DNA of 64,000 bases from Hydrolagus colliei (lineage: Eukaryota). The DNA is taken from assembly GCA_035084275.1 (NCBI GenBank), contig CM068742.1, forward strand, positions 106,392,001 through 106,456,000. Direction: 5' to 3'. Under the pieces are notes generated by a model, which saw nothing but the letters and a program-made list of their open reading frames with translations, had not been told where the DNA came from and did not search any database. Of the stretch, positions 24,928 to 38,197 are shown piece after piece (the stretch's first letter is position 1; each line of letters begins with the position of its first letter). Made by a program: the position numbers and the translations under genes.

Positions 24928-25691
24928 ACAACAACAAATTACATTTGTAGAGCACCTTTCACGTTGGGAGGACGTCCCAAGGCGCTGAATAGTCAGGGGT
25001 CGGGACCCGAGCATGGGGGAGGGGCGGGATAAAGATGAGGGGAGGCAGACAGGTGGGAAGGCTGCAGAAGGCACGGTCGAAAAGGAGGGTCTTGAGATCG
25101 GCCTTGAAAGAGGCAAGGGAGGAAGAGAGGTTGAGTGTCTGTGGGATGGAGTTCAGGAGTGTGGGGGCAGAGAGGCTGAAAGCCCGGCCACTGATGGTAG
25201 GGCAGGTCGGGCGGGAGACAAGCAGCAGACTGGAGCCCGCTGAATGGAGGGAGCAGACAGGTTGGTAGGGAGTCAGCAGGAGAGGTAGGAGAGGGAAAGG
25301 CTGTGAATGGCCTTGAAAGTGAAGATGAGGATTTTCACTTTCTATCTTCTGGGGAATGGGGAGCCAATGGTGCCAGGCGAGGGTTGGGGTGATGAGGTCT
25401 CCGAACTTTGGTGTAGGAAAGGACAAGAGCTGCAGAATTCTGGATGATCTGCAGCTTGTGGAGGGAGGAGCTGGAAAGGCCAATGAGGAGGGAGTTTCCG
25501 TAGTCAAGCCTTGATATGTGAATGCATTGGTGAGGGTTTAGACAGCCTGAGGAGTGAGACAGTGGTGGAGTCTGGCAATATTACAGAGGTGGTGGAAGGT
25601 AGTGCTGGTCATGGAGTGGATGTGGAAGGAAAAAGACAGTTCAAAGTCAAACTAGACACTCAGGTTCCTGACTGGCTTCGTGAGGTGGAGT
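24928..25691 (-). mobile_element. L2 LINE, 3' part of a host element split by a nested L2
   Basis: Reverse (CAA)n tail; ORF 24959..25507 includes HWLPIPQKI..SGRAFSLSAPTLLNSIP..FKADLKTLLF. Confidence 0.9.
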
Positions 25692-26953
25692 CACAAACAA
25701 CGTCCTCTCTATCTGTGACCAGGGTTCCCTCTGCCTCCTTATCCTCCTGGACCTGTCAGCTGCCTTTGACACAGTCACCACGCCATCCTCCTCCACTGCC
25801 TGTCCTCCGCCATTCAACTTAGTGGGACCGCACTCGCCTGATTCGAGTCCTACCTCACAAACCGCCAGCAGTACATCTCCACAAACGGTTTTTCTTCCCG
25901 CACTCACCCAGTCACCTGGGATCCATCCTTGGCTCCCTCCTTTTCCTCATCTATACGCTTCCTCTTGGGGATGTGATCCGCAGACATGGGGCACACTTCC
26001 ACATGTACGCGGATGACACCCAACTCTATCTCTCCACTTCACTTTGTGACCCCCAGTCCCCCGATGTTCTGTCAGCCTGCCTATCAGACATCAGGGGCTG
26101 GATGAGCACAAATTTCTTGCAGTTCAATGTTGACAAGACGGAGGCCATACTCCTTGGCTCTCGTCAACGTCTCCATTCGCATGGCTCTCACCTCCTCCAC
26201 CTTCCCGGCCTGCTCCTAAAACTCTCCGAACCTGTGCGCAACCTTGGCATCAGGTTTGACCCCCAACTGTCCTTCCCCCCCCACATCCGGTCCGTCACCA
26301 GCACTGCCTTCTATCACCTCCGACGGATCTCCCGTCTCCAGCAATACCTCACCTTAAAAGCCGCCGAAACCTTGGTCCATGCCTTTGTCACCTCTCGGCT
26401 GGACTATTGCAATGCCCTCCTCGCTGGTTTCCCCCCCACCACAATCCACAAAATCCAGCTTATCCAAAACTCTGCCACCCGCATACTCACCCGCTCTAAG
26501 CTTCGCTCCCCCATTTCCCCAGTCCTTGCCAGACTTCACTGGCTCCCTATCCCAGAGAGGATCGACTTCAAGATCCTCACCCTTGTTTTCAAATCTCTCC
26601 ACTCCTCTGCACCCCCTATCACTCTGATCTCCTCTCCTCCAGCCCAGCACCCGCTGCCTTCGCTCCTCTTGGTCTGGCCTCTTCCATGCCTCCCGAGTCC
26701 TCCGCTCCACCCTCGCCGGCCGTGCCTTTAGCCACTACGCCCCGAGGCACTGGAACTCCCTTCCTCACTCCCTTCGCCTCGCGCCCTCTCTTCCCAGTTT
26801 CAGGTCACAGTTGAAGACCTTTCTCTTCGACCAAACTTATGGTCACCTTCCTGCCCCTGCCCCTGGCTCGGTCCTGGGATCCGCTACTGTGAAGCGCTCT
26901 GAGACGCCGTCCGGCGTGGAGGGCGCTATATAAATCAAAGTTGTTGTTGTTGT
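25692..26953 (+). mobile_element. 5'-truncated L2 LINE with RT domain remnant
   Basis: LLILLDLSAAFDTV near 25735; ORF 25973..26731 with HMYADDTQLY, VRNLGIRFD, HAFVTSRLDYCNALL, LHWLPIPERIDFKIL; (TTG)n tail. Confidence 0.95.
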
Positions 26954-26959
26954 TGGAGT

Positions 26960-27437
26960 GTGTAGCTGTGGAAACTGATGCTGCCAGTACCCGAGGTGCA
27001 GAGGTGCTGACATGAGCCAATCAGGAGGGCCTCGGTATTGCTGATGTTAAGCTGCAGAAAGTTGTCTTTCATCCAGGACTTGAAACCATCAGGCGGTCTA
27101 TCAGGACGCCAGTAGTCCTGGAGTTGAGGGTGGAGGTGGAGAGGTAGAGCTGGGTGTCATCCTCGTACATGTGGACATTTACCCCATGTCTGCAGAAGAT
27201 GTCACCGAGTGGGAGCATGTAGAGGGAGAAGAGGAGGGGACCGAAGACAGAGCCCTGAGGAATTCCACACAGATGGTGTTCGGGCTGGAAGAAAAGCCGT
27301 TGACAGAGACAAAGTGGAGACAGTTTGAAACATAGGACCTGAACTAACCTGAATTAATCAAGGATGGAACCTTGAAGGTTGAGGTGGGAGGAGAGGCAGT
27401 GAAGGAGGATTCAATGGTCCAGTGTGTCAAAGGGTAG
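26960..27437 (-). mobile_element. L2 LINE, 5' continuation of the host element
   Basis: Reverse strand encodes [14 protein letters not shown] and NFLQLNI..TEALLIG, continuing into the 25691 side. Confidence 0.85.
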
Positions 27438-28704
27438 ATAATGATGGTCTTCTTTCCAGGTCCTGTAACTTCTTGTGTTAGTAGTGTGACGTCGTAATGT
27501 AACAAAAACCTAGAACCTGCTGTTGGTCAGCGTCAGAACTGACAGTCACTCCCAACAGAGATTGGGCTCAGTAAAAAGAAAAAATATAAAGTTTGTAATA
27601 TATAATTGCAAAACAATATTAATGGGCATTCTGATCGTGTGTGAGTTTGGGTAAAAGTTGCCTGAACCCCTCGATCTGATTCTTGCTTTGTAATCATTTC
27701 CAGGTTCTGTATGTGTCATTTGCCCTGACTTCTTACATTTTCTCTGAATATTCAATGTATTTTTACTTTATGTTTGATATTCTATGTTTTTTAAAAAAAA
27801 TTCTATGTTTTTTTTGGTGGCTTCTGTTTGAATCCTCTCAAGCACTGCACATGTATTGTGCACAACATTAAAAAATACAAGAAGGTTGGCATTTGACAGC
27901 TTATTTTAGAACGACTGTTAATAAAATGTTCTCTTTGCTGTAATCTTTTAACTAATGTCTCAGTAACATGCCGCAGGAAAGAACTGTGTAATGTGTGTGA
28001 TTAGACTTGTATCATACAGTTGGGCAAATTCAATTCATTACCCAGTCAATCCCTCTTTCATTGTGGAATATTTGATGTGTATTATAATCAGTTAAAGCTG
28101 CATTCTCTGTTGTTATTACAGAAATCAATACTACTCAGCAAAATAAGTACAATATCTCAAAAAAAAGTATAATTTAAATTCATCATTGGGAAAAGCGATT
28201 GTATTCTAAGGCTGCATGCGCAAGGCTGTATAGTTACTTGAGTTGTGGAAGTTCCCAATCCCACCTGCGAGATAGAAAGAGCGCATAGAGAAGACCTTAG
28301 GGAAATATCCCAAGACAATTCACCATAGGTGATCTCATGTACCTCTGAGATGCTCCTTTGGCAGAAAAGCCGGTGAGTCGTTTGCTCGTTCTCTGTGCAG
28401 TCCTTGCAGTGTGTGGTACAACAGATGTAAAGAGAAAAGACTGATGCATTGATTTTATCATTATTATTATTTTTAAAAGAAGAAATTTACATTACCAATC
28501 CTGTCACCCATTTTGTATTTTCCCAATTTTGTCCCCACCCAACCTCCCCTTTGCATGCGGTGGATTTCCATTTCATGCAAGTGGTTTGGTTGGAGACTAT
28601 TTTCTGTTAGACTTAATCCAATGTGCTCTGGAACTAGAAGTTCCAGAGCACATGGAAATATGTGAAAAGCACTATATCAAATGCAAGGATTATTATTATA
28701 TAAC

Positions 28705-28870
28705 AGGCAGGTGGGACCTTGGTTTAATGTCTCATCTGAAGGATGGATCCTCCAACATAGCACCTCAGATTTTCTATTGGAATTTTTAGATTGTGAGTTC
28801 AATGGTTCCACGTGGAGCTTGAACCCACAACCTTCTGACCCACAAGCACGAGGGCTACCAACACAGCCAG
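28705..28870 (-). mobile_element. Deu-type SINE 5' fragment
   Basis: ggtttaatgtctcatctgaaggatgg and ttgaacccacaaccttctgac, the reverse of the head and core. Confidence 0.65.
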
Positions 28871-30409
28871 GAAACACTGTGTTTCTTTTTCCTCCTGAAC
28901 TCATTGTGCTGAGAATTACAGACACAATTTCATACCTTCCTAAGCGACAATGCAGAATGTCAGAATATTAGTGTGCATTGTGCAAGATTGCAAATGTCCT
29001 TTTCCAGTTTGGAGAGATAGAAAACTTTACTTGCTATCGTAAACCTGTTCTAGTATGCAGTGAAAACTTGTTAGTCATTGTATGATAAAAGCAAAAACTG
29101 TAACGATCAAAATAATTTTTTAAACAAAACTTAAATTTAAAAATTAGATTCATTTGGGGAATGCAAGTGTTTTGAATTTTTTGTTGATGAATTATTTTTG
29201 TCATAATTTCGTGAATAATTAAGTGGGCTGCTTTATTCATTTTTAATAGTGATTTCATTTTTTAAAATACACCACTCCTGGGTGTATTCAGTCTAAGAAC
29301 TGAACTGTCGGTCAAATTTTTTCACCAAGTGTCTGCGCCACACACTACCAGGTGCAACATAACCTCTGCATGAAGATCATGAAAATGATATAAATTAAGG
29401 TTCATTTATTTTCACTGAATAATTACTCCAACAAAAAACTAATTTGAAGGGTGAAATGAAAGCAGTTTTTTTACACACACTTCATTTCCGGTTCCCACAC
29501 CAGTCATCCTTGTGGCCTGTGTCAGTCAAGGCACCAGACTGTGGATTACCAGTTTGCTGAGGGCAAACACTTTTTGGAACTGGCTTCAATCTGGCTCAGG
29601 GGCATTTTGTTAAAACTCTTTGCAGTCAGTCAGAAGAGGGAGGAAATGTTCACCCCTCATCACCCTCAGCAGTATTTGAAAATAGGTCTCAGATGTGAGG
29701 GGACAAAGTAGTACAGTACTAATTTGCTGGATTACCAAGAACCCAGTTTAAAAGGAATTTTCGCAAAACAAAAATTGTGGACAAGGTAGCATTTGGTTAG
29801 GGGTCTCAATTTTGTTTTTAAGTTTGAGCACCAAAACAAAACATATTTTATACTTTTATGGCCACACTTTTTTTGTTTTTTATCGATGTCTCTACTTAAA
29901 AAAAATGTTAACTGAGTGCTGGAAGGAATCATGTCTCTCTTATGCTGGCTCTAACTGATACAACAGCTGTGGCTGTCTTTGGGCCAAAGGGAATCATCAA
30001 TATACTTTTCGAATTTTACAAAGCAATTTACTGTGCTTTTAACTGTTTAGATACCATGATTTGTTTCAAAATATCCTTCTTTTATAAAACCCTGTAATTG
30101 TTAGATAAGAGTTGGTGAGTGGGATCCTATGTTATACAGTGGAATGTTTGTGATCCCTGTGTACTGTTTGGAGGGCTTCCCAGTTGGGATACTTGAAACT
30201 CAACAGATTGTTAGTGAGTAATGAGGTCCCACAGGAATGTGCCAGAGAGGGGATTGCAGACACTTGCATGTTCCGCCCATTTGATAACCCGGGCGCTGGC
30301 GGTTTACAGGTTTAGCGCCTATGGGCTGCCCTGACTTTTACAAGCTGGTCACTTGCTGGATTCGCATAAATAAGGCTATGTCTGGTGAAAGTGATGATAT
30401 GCCAGATGG

Positions 30410-30490
30410 AAATATATACCCTATTATACACACTGTACTGTATTATATATAAATATATATAATATATATAATACACATATATAATACATC
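30410..30490. repeat. AT-rich (TA)n low-complexity tract
   Basis: Directly visible. Confidence 0.8.
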
Positions 30491-31789
30491 CAATCCAAAA
30501 CTTCAAATTATACAGATAGCGTTACATCGATTCGAAGAGATACATCCAGAAAATGTTGAAGAAAGTGGAGGGTTGCTGTTTGCATTTGCATTGGCGTAAG
30601 CAGGAGAGATAGGGCAAGCCGCTGAATTCTGTTTAATCTGGGAACAAAGGAGTATCTTCAGATGGCTGCAATGTGCAGGTTAACCTTTGGAGCACTGACA
30701 TCAGGGTACAAATGACAGGCCTTCAACTGTGGCCAGTTCAGCACAGTAATGAGGTATTCAAATCCCATTTGTGCAATTGTCCTTTGGGGAGAAAAAATGT
30801 GAAAAGAAATCTGCTGCAGAGTAGTGATGCTGCAGGGGTGGGGTGGGTGGGGGGAGTATTTGTGGTGATAAGTGCACGGCCACACACTGTGCACAAACAG
30901 TGCGCTTATGAAAATAGTGTGCTTGTCCTGGCCACATGGGTGCTGCTTTCAGTACATAACAAACTTACTCTGTTCCCATCCCCCGTCCCTATGTGTCAAA
31001 GAGAATAAGAAGTATTGCCAACGACTGATGTTTTATTGAAGAATCTGAATTATGGATACCCATTAAATCCAAGCACCTTCTATTACACTGAATGTAACAT
31101 TTGTTCATTCATTTCTGAAGATCTAACAATTGACATCTAAAGTTAATCATTTACATTTGCAAAAAGGGATGCTCTGTGCTCTTCTGTTTTAATCCACTCC
31201 CAGGGATAAGAACTATTTTAATTCAGCTCCTGAATATGTCAGTTTTTAAACATTTATTCAAATTCTAAGAACTCCCTACCGAACATGCTGCTGTACAGCT
31301 TCCCTTTTTTTAAAAAAAGTATAATATTAGCTTGTAAAAATGTTACAACTCTTCTTTTTATGTTTCAGAAACTTTAGTTTGAAACAGCTATGCTTGATTT
31401 TGCCAGTCCTGCTGTTCTGAAGTGCGTGATTTTTGATTACGACTGGGATGTGCGGTTTGCTATTGGGATGTGCGGTTTGCTATTGTTGACTTGTTATATA
31501 GGCGGGGTGGCATTGCTTGAATTCCTATTTAATTTCTCTCATTCTGCCTCTCTCTGCTTTGTTTAGAGAACACCCAACCACCATATATACACAGACAATG
31601 CACACACCCCCATGCACCCTATATATGTACAAATATGTCCCCCATATACACAAGCCCCCACTCCGCACATGCAACCTACAAATACACAGCACCACATTCC
31701 CCATGCACCTTACATGTACATAAATATCCCCAGCACACCCCCCCCTCCCCCCACCACCACGAATGCACCCTACATGTAACTTCCATTTA

Positions 31790-32536
31790 CAGTAGAAGCC
31801 TGTTTATCCGGCACCCATAGGACCTGGCCAATGCCGGTTAAAGCGCCTGCCAGATATTCAGGCGGCCCGCTGTCGAAAACCCATCACAAAAAAATTAAAG
31901 TTCTTTGAACACACACCATACACACCAGACTAAATAATAACAGATAATAACAGAATATTGTATTGGTACTTATTGTTAAAACTACTCTCTTGCACTTCTC
32001 ACCTTTACTGATTGAGCTTTACAGTCCAGCGATTCTTTTTTAAATAGAGGACGCCGTGCGGGTTAAAGAAGCGGCAATGCAATTTTAAAGTTGTGCGACT
32101 TTACTAGCTGCAAGCCGAGGCCCTGGACTCTACTAGCAGTAAACCAAAACACTGCACGTGCGCGACAATGTGGGTTATTGGCTGGCGTTATCGGCTTGCC
32201 GCTAGTATGTCGCTTTAAAGTCATACGCGCTCCGTTTTTTTTCACCCGCTTGGCGTGCTCCAATTTAAAAAGAATCGCTGGACTATAAATCTTTACCGCA
32301 GCATCATGGCTTCAAGCGCAGCATCTACCAGCAAAGGTAAAAAGCGCAAGAGAGTAGTTTTAACAATAAGTACCAATACAATATTCTGTTATTATGTTAG
32401 TATTTATGCATTTACAAATGCTCCACTGCTATTGTTCTGGATAAGTCCAGGTTTATCGAATGGGGACTTTTTTTTGGGTGTGCCGGTTATACGGAAGTGC
32501 CGGTGCATCGAGTCTTGGATAAACGTGTTTCTACTG
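31790..32536 (+). mobile_element. Tigger/pogo-type non-autonomous DNA transposon with fold-back interior
   Basis: TA|CAGTAGAAGCCTGTTTATCC ... GGATAAACGTGTTTCTACTG|TA. Contains a transposase-like start MASSAASTSKGKKRKRVVLTI at 32306. Confidence 0.88.
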
Positions 32537-33178
32537 TATATAGTTCCACTCATACAGTTTGGCATCCCAGAGCACTTCACAATCCAGGTATACACAAGCA
32601 CCATCCCGATACATGTTACACAACACAAACATACACATACACAAATTCTAGCCCCCATGCATGCACTTGTACTGCTGTAAACCTAAATGGACCAAAAAAA
32701 AGCAAATCATATCTTGATTTGATCCAGCGTCTTTTACCTGATTGCTCTTTGACCTTTGTGCAGGTTTACAAAACAGGGTGACGTGGTTTAAGAAGCAAAT
32801 GGGAAAACCTCTTTTGCAAGAAAATTGTCACACCTGACTTATATCCTTATTTTAAGTAACTTTAGTTTGGACAGGAGAACAAAAAGAAAAAGCACAAAGT
32901 TTTACTTGGATCAAATGAGAACAAATTTCTTGTTCTTGGTGCGTTGATGTGTCCACTGCTCTAACATAATTGGACAATCTTTACAAATATCTTTTTTCCA
33001 ACGTTTTCAGAAGTTGAGGTATTTGAGCTCCTCACCTTTCCACCGCAGTTCATAGATGAAATTGCTTTGCTTCGAAGGGCTTGATTTCTGTAGCTCATCT
33101 CTCCCCCCGTTTGTCCCCCCTCCCCCCACTTAATTTGTAGCGGAACATTGCATTTTGGTGACAGGCAGTTGTTTTTGC

Positions 33179-33334
33179 NNNNNNNNNNNNNNNNNNNNNN
33201 NNNNNNNNNNNNNNNNNNNNNNNNNNNNNNNNNNNNNNNNNNNNNNNNNNNNNNNNNNNNNNNNNNNNNNNNNNNNNNNNNNNNNNNNNNNNNNNNNNNN
33301 NNNNNNNNNNNNNNNNNNNNNNNNNNNNNNNNNN
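33179..33334. other. Assembly gap (156 N)
   Basis: Run of N. Confidence 1.
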
Positions 33335-34671
33335 CTCCCCGGCGATTCAGCCCATCAGTTGTCATTCTCAGCAAAGCTCTCTCTGCTCTGCTATTGATGC
33401 TTATATACAAGCTCCTTCAGTAACTGACTCACTCTGGCAGCTGCATCTTTTGAACCTCCTGGTTTTCATGAACTGTAATTGCTTTGTATCAGAACTCCAC
33501 TGTCCTGCTTCTAATACAGCTAATATAGCCTGGACATGGATTGGCACACAACGAGGGAGGTTAAATTTCAGCCACTGAACAGTTATTAACTCAGTAGGTT
33601 CTCTGCCAAATCTGAGCTGTTTGGTAGGGTATTCATGCACATCAGTGTGACCCTTGAACTTGTCCCAAACTTCCTTTTCAGGGTCTGCCCCAGTGCACGT
33701 TCGGATGCGCTGGAAAACAGTCAGAAAAGTGCTGAGCCTGATTTACAGAGACAGCGCCTGCCGATACGTTTTGGTGATTTGTGTGCAGAAATCCAAGCAC
33801 CTTTGTGCCTGAAACATATATGACGGCATTGTTTGATGTTAAAGTTTCTTTGTTGCATGTCTGTTATTGTTTAGAGACATTGCTGTTGGCATTGTTTCCA
33901 GAAGTGGCACAATTAGTAACTACAGTTACGGTATGGCAAAGACATTTCACAGTCAGATTCGACGAGCTAACGATTTTCATGTGTTCCCGAATCACATTTC
34001 TGAAAGTAAAGAATTGCGTCTAAATGCAATGATTTCTAGTGGATCCGTAATAAGGAAACAAATACTGAACATCACTCTGCTCCCAAGCTTGAGAATAATC
34101 TTAGTTTCCTTATTAAGGAATTCTTTGGGAAATAACTACATTTATTTCCTCAGCTTTCTATATAAGATGACCTTGCTTTCATTTGCCAATTTCGCCCTCT
34201 TAATACTGTATATTGGCACCAATTGCAATGCCATTGAGCTTTCCACTGATTAATGTTGTATGGTGGCAAGGTTCTAATTTTTTTTGTAGAACTGTATTTT
34301 GGTCAGCGGAATGTTCAACACTTACGGAAAATTTACACCATGTTCATGAGTGTCCAAACCAGACTGGAGAATATGTTTGACGCACCAAATTTAAGTTAGT
34401 GTAAGTTGCCAGGCAAATCTTTCATGCATTCTAAGTGCAACAGATTCCAAACTGCAACTAATTTTATACTCTGAATAATATAACCTATTTTACTTGGGAT
34501 CAGCCAGAAGGAAGCTCTGAGCATTGTGTATTAACTAAAAAATACTATGAATATTACTAGCAGAGTACACATTTGTGAAAGTCACACTGGTTCCCAGTCT
34601 AATTGGCCTGTATCTACACACAGAATGGCAAATGATGTGCTGCAGGTAACTTCTCTAGACAGTTTGTGATT

Positions 34672-34930
34672 CTATCCCAGTAGCTCAGTTGATAAGGGTA
34701 CTGCCCAGTATGAAACAGAGCTGCACAGACCTGGACAATCACCGGTTTGATCCCTCATCTGTGCTGAGTTTGCTGATATGATTCAGGCCAGCAGTTGGGG
34801 GTGCTGCAATTAGCTTCAATGCCTTGGGCTAGGGGAGGCTAAAACCGGCCAGGGCTCCCTTTCTTGACCATAATACACTGAATGCCCTCTCCTCCCACCA
34901 CCCCCCAACAACCACCCCACTGGAAAGTAT
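34672..34930 (+). mobile_element. Ancient tRNA-derived SINE (possibly AmnSINE2-like)
   Basis: tagctcagttg A box and ggtttgatccct..tctgtgctgagtttgctgat; related segments near 22265-22470 and 60720-60800. Family name is from memory. Confidence 0.5.
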
Positions 34931-35835
34931 GCATGTCCAAACGCTAAAAATAAAAAAATCATTGAATTTCATACAGTGAAATTTGATGGTAAACGTGGCA
35001 GCCAATTTGGGCAAACAATGTCCTGCAGGCTACCACAAAGTCAAGTGAAAGACCAATTTTTATCCAGGAGGGAATTGTTGTTTTCTTGGTAAAACTCCCC
35101 TCACTAGGATGCGTGAGGACAGGATGGGCTTGACTACAGTCCTCTTTGGAGCACAGAGAACAGCAACGGAAGGCTTTTGACACAATATAGAGAATGGAAG
35201 CATTGCTCTTTGGAGCCTCAAACCCTCATTGTAACAGAATGGTGATACCCCGAGGCATTTTTAAGACTTCAAACTACTCTGTGTAATTTTCTTAGTGGGG
35301 GTCTGTCACTGACGGTAAGTTTAATAAGTGCGCATGCGCAATTTTATTTTATGCAAAATTAACTTTTGGTGGGTGTGATGCCTCTTCAGGCGAAGCCCCT
35401 GCTCCGCGGGCTGGGGAGAGTTCTGGTTTTCATTATATTTAACAAAAGACAAGAGCACAGAACACTCAAATCCTCCCATTTCGATGTTTTTTTGCATTAC
35501 TTTGGGGGCCCGCAATATGAGGGGCACCGACATTAAAAATGCCTCTGGTGATACCCCAACAGGTATCTGCACTTCCCATGCCAGTGCATTTCCTATTGAG
35601 GCCACTGAGCTGCCCTAAGCAGAGGACAAAGAGTATCAGGGTAAATGAGAAGAAGGGTTGCCCAGAAGAAGGGTTGCTGTTTTTGCATAAAGCTTAACTG
35701 CTGGCTACAGAACGGCACTACAGATTTCTGGGACCTTTTGCCTCCTGCCCTCATGGGTGGAGATGATGCTTAGTAGAGAAGAGGACAAAACATTTGAAAG
35801 CTTCAGAAAGAGGGAAATCATATGACGTAATATCG

Positions 35836-36165
35836 AAAGGACCTGGGTTCGATTGCTGGGCAGGGCGAATCCTTAGGCTGGTTTCCTTACTACACATATA
35901 TGTCTGTTTACATAACAGTAAGTAGGAACCTGCTTGTTAGTCGATTGGTGGATTGTTTTCCAGGGGTAATAACCCCTTTAAAAAAAAACATAATGTGGAC
36001 ATTCAATCCACGATTGTTTGTGGGACGTCACAGTGCGCAAACAGCTGCTGCATTTCACCCATAAAAATACACAGTCGCTACAGTTTGCAGTGTATGCTGT
36101 GAAGCACTTTAGACGTCTTGAAGATGTGATCAGGTGCTATGTCACATGCAAGGATTATTTTTATC
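35836..36165 (+). mobile_element. tRNA-derived SINE, long form
   Basis: cctgggttcgatt B box, ctgtttacataacagtaagtaggaacc middle, shared 3' body and tail. Confidence 0.8.
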
Positions 36166-37834
36166 ATAACTAAATTGGTAAAGAGAAATTATATCTTCAG
36201 TGGTTACTTGCCCACGGTATTCTGCTGGAGTAAATCAGTGTGCCCGTGTGAGATTGATTAAGTTATCTTTAGTTCCAACTACAGTACACAGTTTTTAAAA
36301 AAAGGACCTGGGGCTGAACTGGCTCTGAGGAGATATGCCTGGCAAAGCTAGGCAATACTGCAGGAATCCTGGCCAAGCGGAGAGGTATAGTTCTAAACCA
36401 TACGAGCCAAAGCACCAACAGATAGGGTGGTCCTAGTTGGACACAATACATGGCTGCATGGTTAGCAATTTAAGACAGGAAACCTCTGCTATAGTTTTCA
36501 GATCAGTTTAACTACAAATTGGCAGAATATGAATTTCATTCTTACCCAGTTAGCAACTGGGTAGAGTACTGTATACACAATCTCTCTCTGAAAAGTAACT
36601 CCTCTCTGATCCTCAAAAAGTGACCAAAGCAAAATTACTTAACCCTTTACCTCCTGACCTTTTCAGGAATATCTGCTTGTTTACCTTAGCAGCTTCTAAC
36701 CACTTTTAGTCACTTTTAGGTATTAAAAGGTTAAAATACATATTCATCCTCTGCTCCCTCTGTCCCCAGTTGTCTTTAATCAATAACCTGGAATACAGCA
36801 GTAAAGTTGTCACACAATGAATGACAACCATTTTAATAATGGCTTCATGAGATATCTGAATAGTGTTGCAAAAAATCTTCATTAATGCCTCTAGTATTAT
36901 GAGTTTCAAATATGTTTATTTTGCCCAATTTTGCAGCAAGGCCTGCCAGGGAGACGTGGTTTTGAGTCACAAAATTGACTTTGTTATTTTCCCCCTTGTT
37001 TTTTGTTAAAAAGTTTAATCAGTTGTGAAGTGTGAAAAAACATGAGAAAGTCTGATTTGTGCCAGTGAGGCCTTTTCAGACCCTCATATGTTTCTAGCTA
37101 TGGCTTAACAGGGAACAAAAGCTGAGAGCAATGGAGAACAGATGCCAGTATTTCTTCACTGTCACTTGTCTGGCGAGCAGATGGAAATCATATCAATGGG
37201 GTACGCTGGGAGGAAGAAGCCGTGGCAGCCAACATGTGGAACTTGGGTCTGAGTGACATTTTCACTAATGTTTTGTCCTTGTAGAACATTATGCTTCCTT
37301 TACTCAGGAGATGTACTTTTCCTGACTTGTGCAAGGTTCCAAGCTCAGCTGGAGTGGCTGTCCCCCAAGGGAACACTGAGAACTATTGAGAAGATTCTGG
37401 GTTGCACAATTGAGCTATTTATTGAAATACCTGACATCTGCATGTGATGCACCCAAACATCTTAGCTCTAAGTCAGGGATTTACAGTCTCTTTTTTCTTC
37501 CCCTCCCAACTCCACCCCCCCCCCCCCCCCCCCCATAGTACAACATCTACATTTCACTAATTTAATTAATTGAATGAAGGAAGAGCTCTTGACATATTAA
37601 GGCCATGGCAGCTATAGCAAGCTCTAGTATCGGGGTAGCTCATGGGATAAGGTTGGTGCAATGTAAAGGAGTGTATAGGAGAGCAGTGTAAAGAAAGCTG
37701 GGTGGTTGTTGGATGATTAAATGCTGCATTAATTACCTATTAGAATACCCATTCACTTTGTATTCAAACCGGGTATCTCTTTAGCCTTTATCAATTGCAA
37801 CTTTTAAAAAATCTTTTTGGCTGGATTGTAGTAG

Positions 37835-38197
37835 TAATAATAATAATCCTTGCATTTGATATAGTGCCTTACTACATCAGCAAAACGTCCAAAGCGCTCC
37901 ACAGTATATGCTGTGAAGTGAAATCGCTATATAGCTTGTGGGTGAAATCACTATATACAGGTACCTTTTGTGGCACTCACACAGCAGTGTACCACAAACA
38001 GTGATGGATTGAGTGACCCCAATTTCTTTTTGAGGGATTATTACCTGCCAATCGACTAACAACTGGGTTCCTACTAGTTTTAGCTAAACAGGCATGTGGA
38101 GTAACGAAACATGCCTAAAGTTTCCCCCCGTCAGGGAATTGAACCTGGATCCTCTCGCTTGTGAGAAGAGTGCTTGGACCAATTCGCTACATGACTC
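37835..38197 (-). mobile_element. tRNA-derived SINE, long form
   Basis: Reverse tail, body and head (gggaattgaacctgg ... gctacatgactc). Confidence 0.82.

Noticed and set aside
25973-26731. 252-aa reverse transcriptase ORF as a functional or domesticated gene
   Set aside because: 5'-truncated and frameshifted on both sides; an ordinary L2 remnant.
30825-30850. gatgctgcaggg (DAAG) as the start of the next BNC2 exon
   Set aside because: No acceptor site, and the sequence continues VGWVGG rather than KVLDRW.
32961-33423. ORFs containing X runs
   Set aside because: They span the N gap.
35648-35680. Short direct duplications here and at about 42733-42766 and 53603-53645
   Set aside because: Two or three short slippage copies with no regular spacers; not an array or CRISPR.
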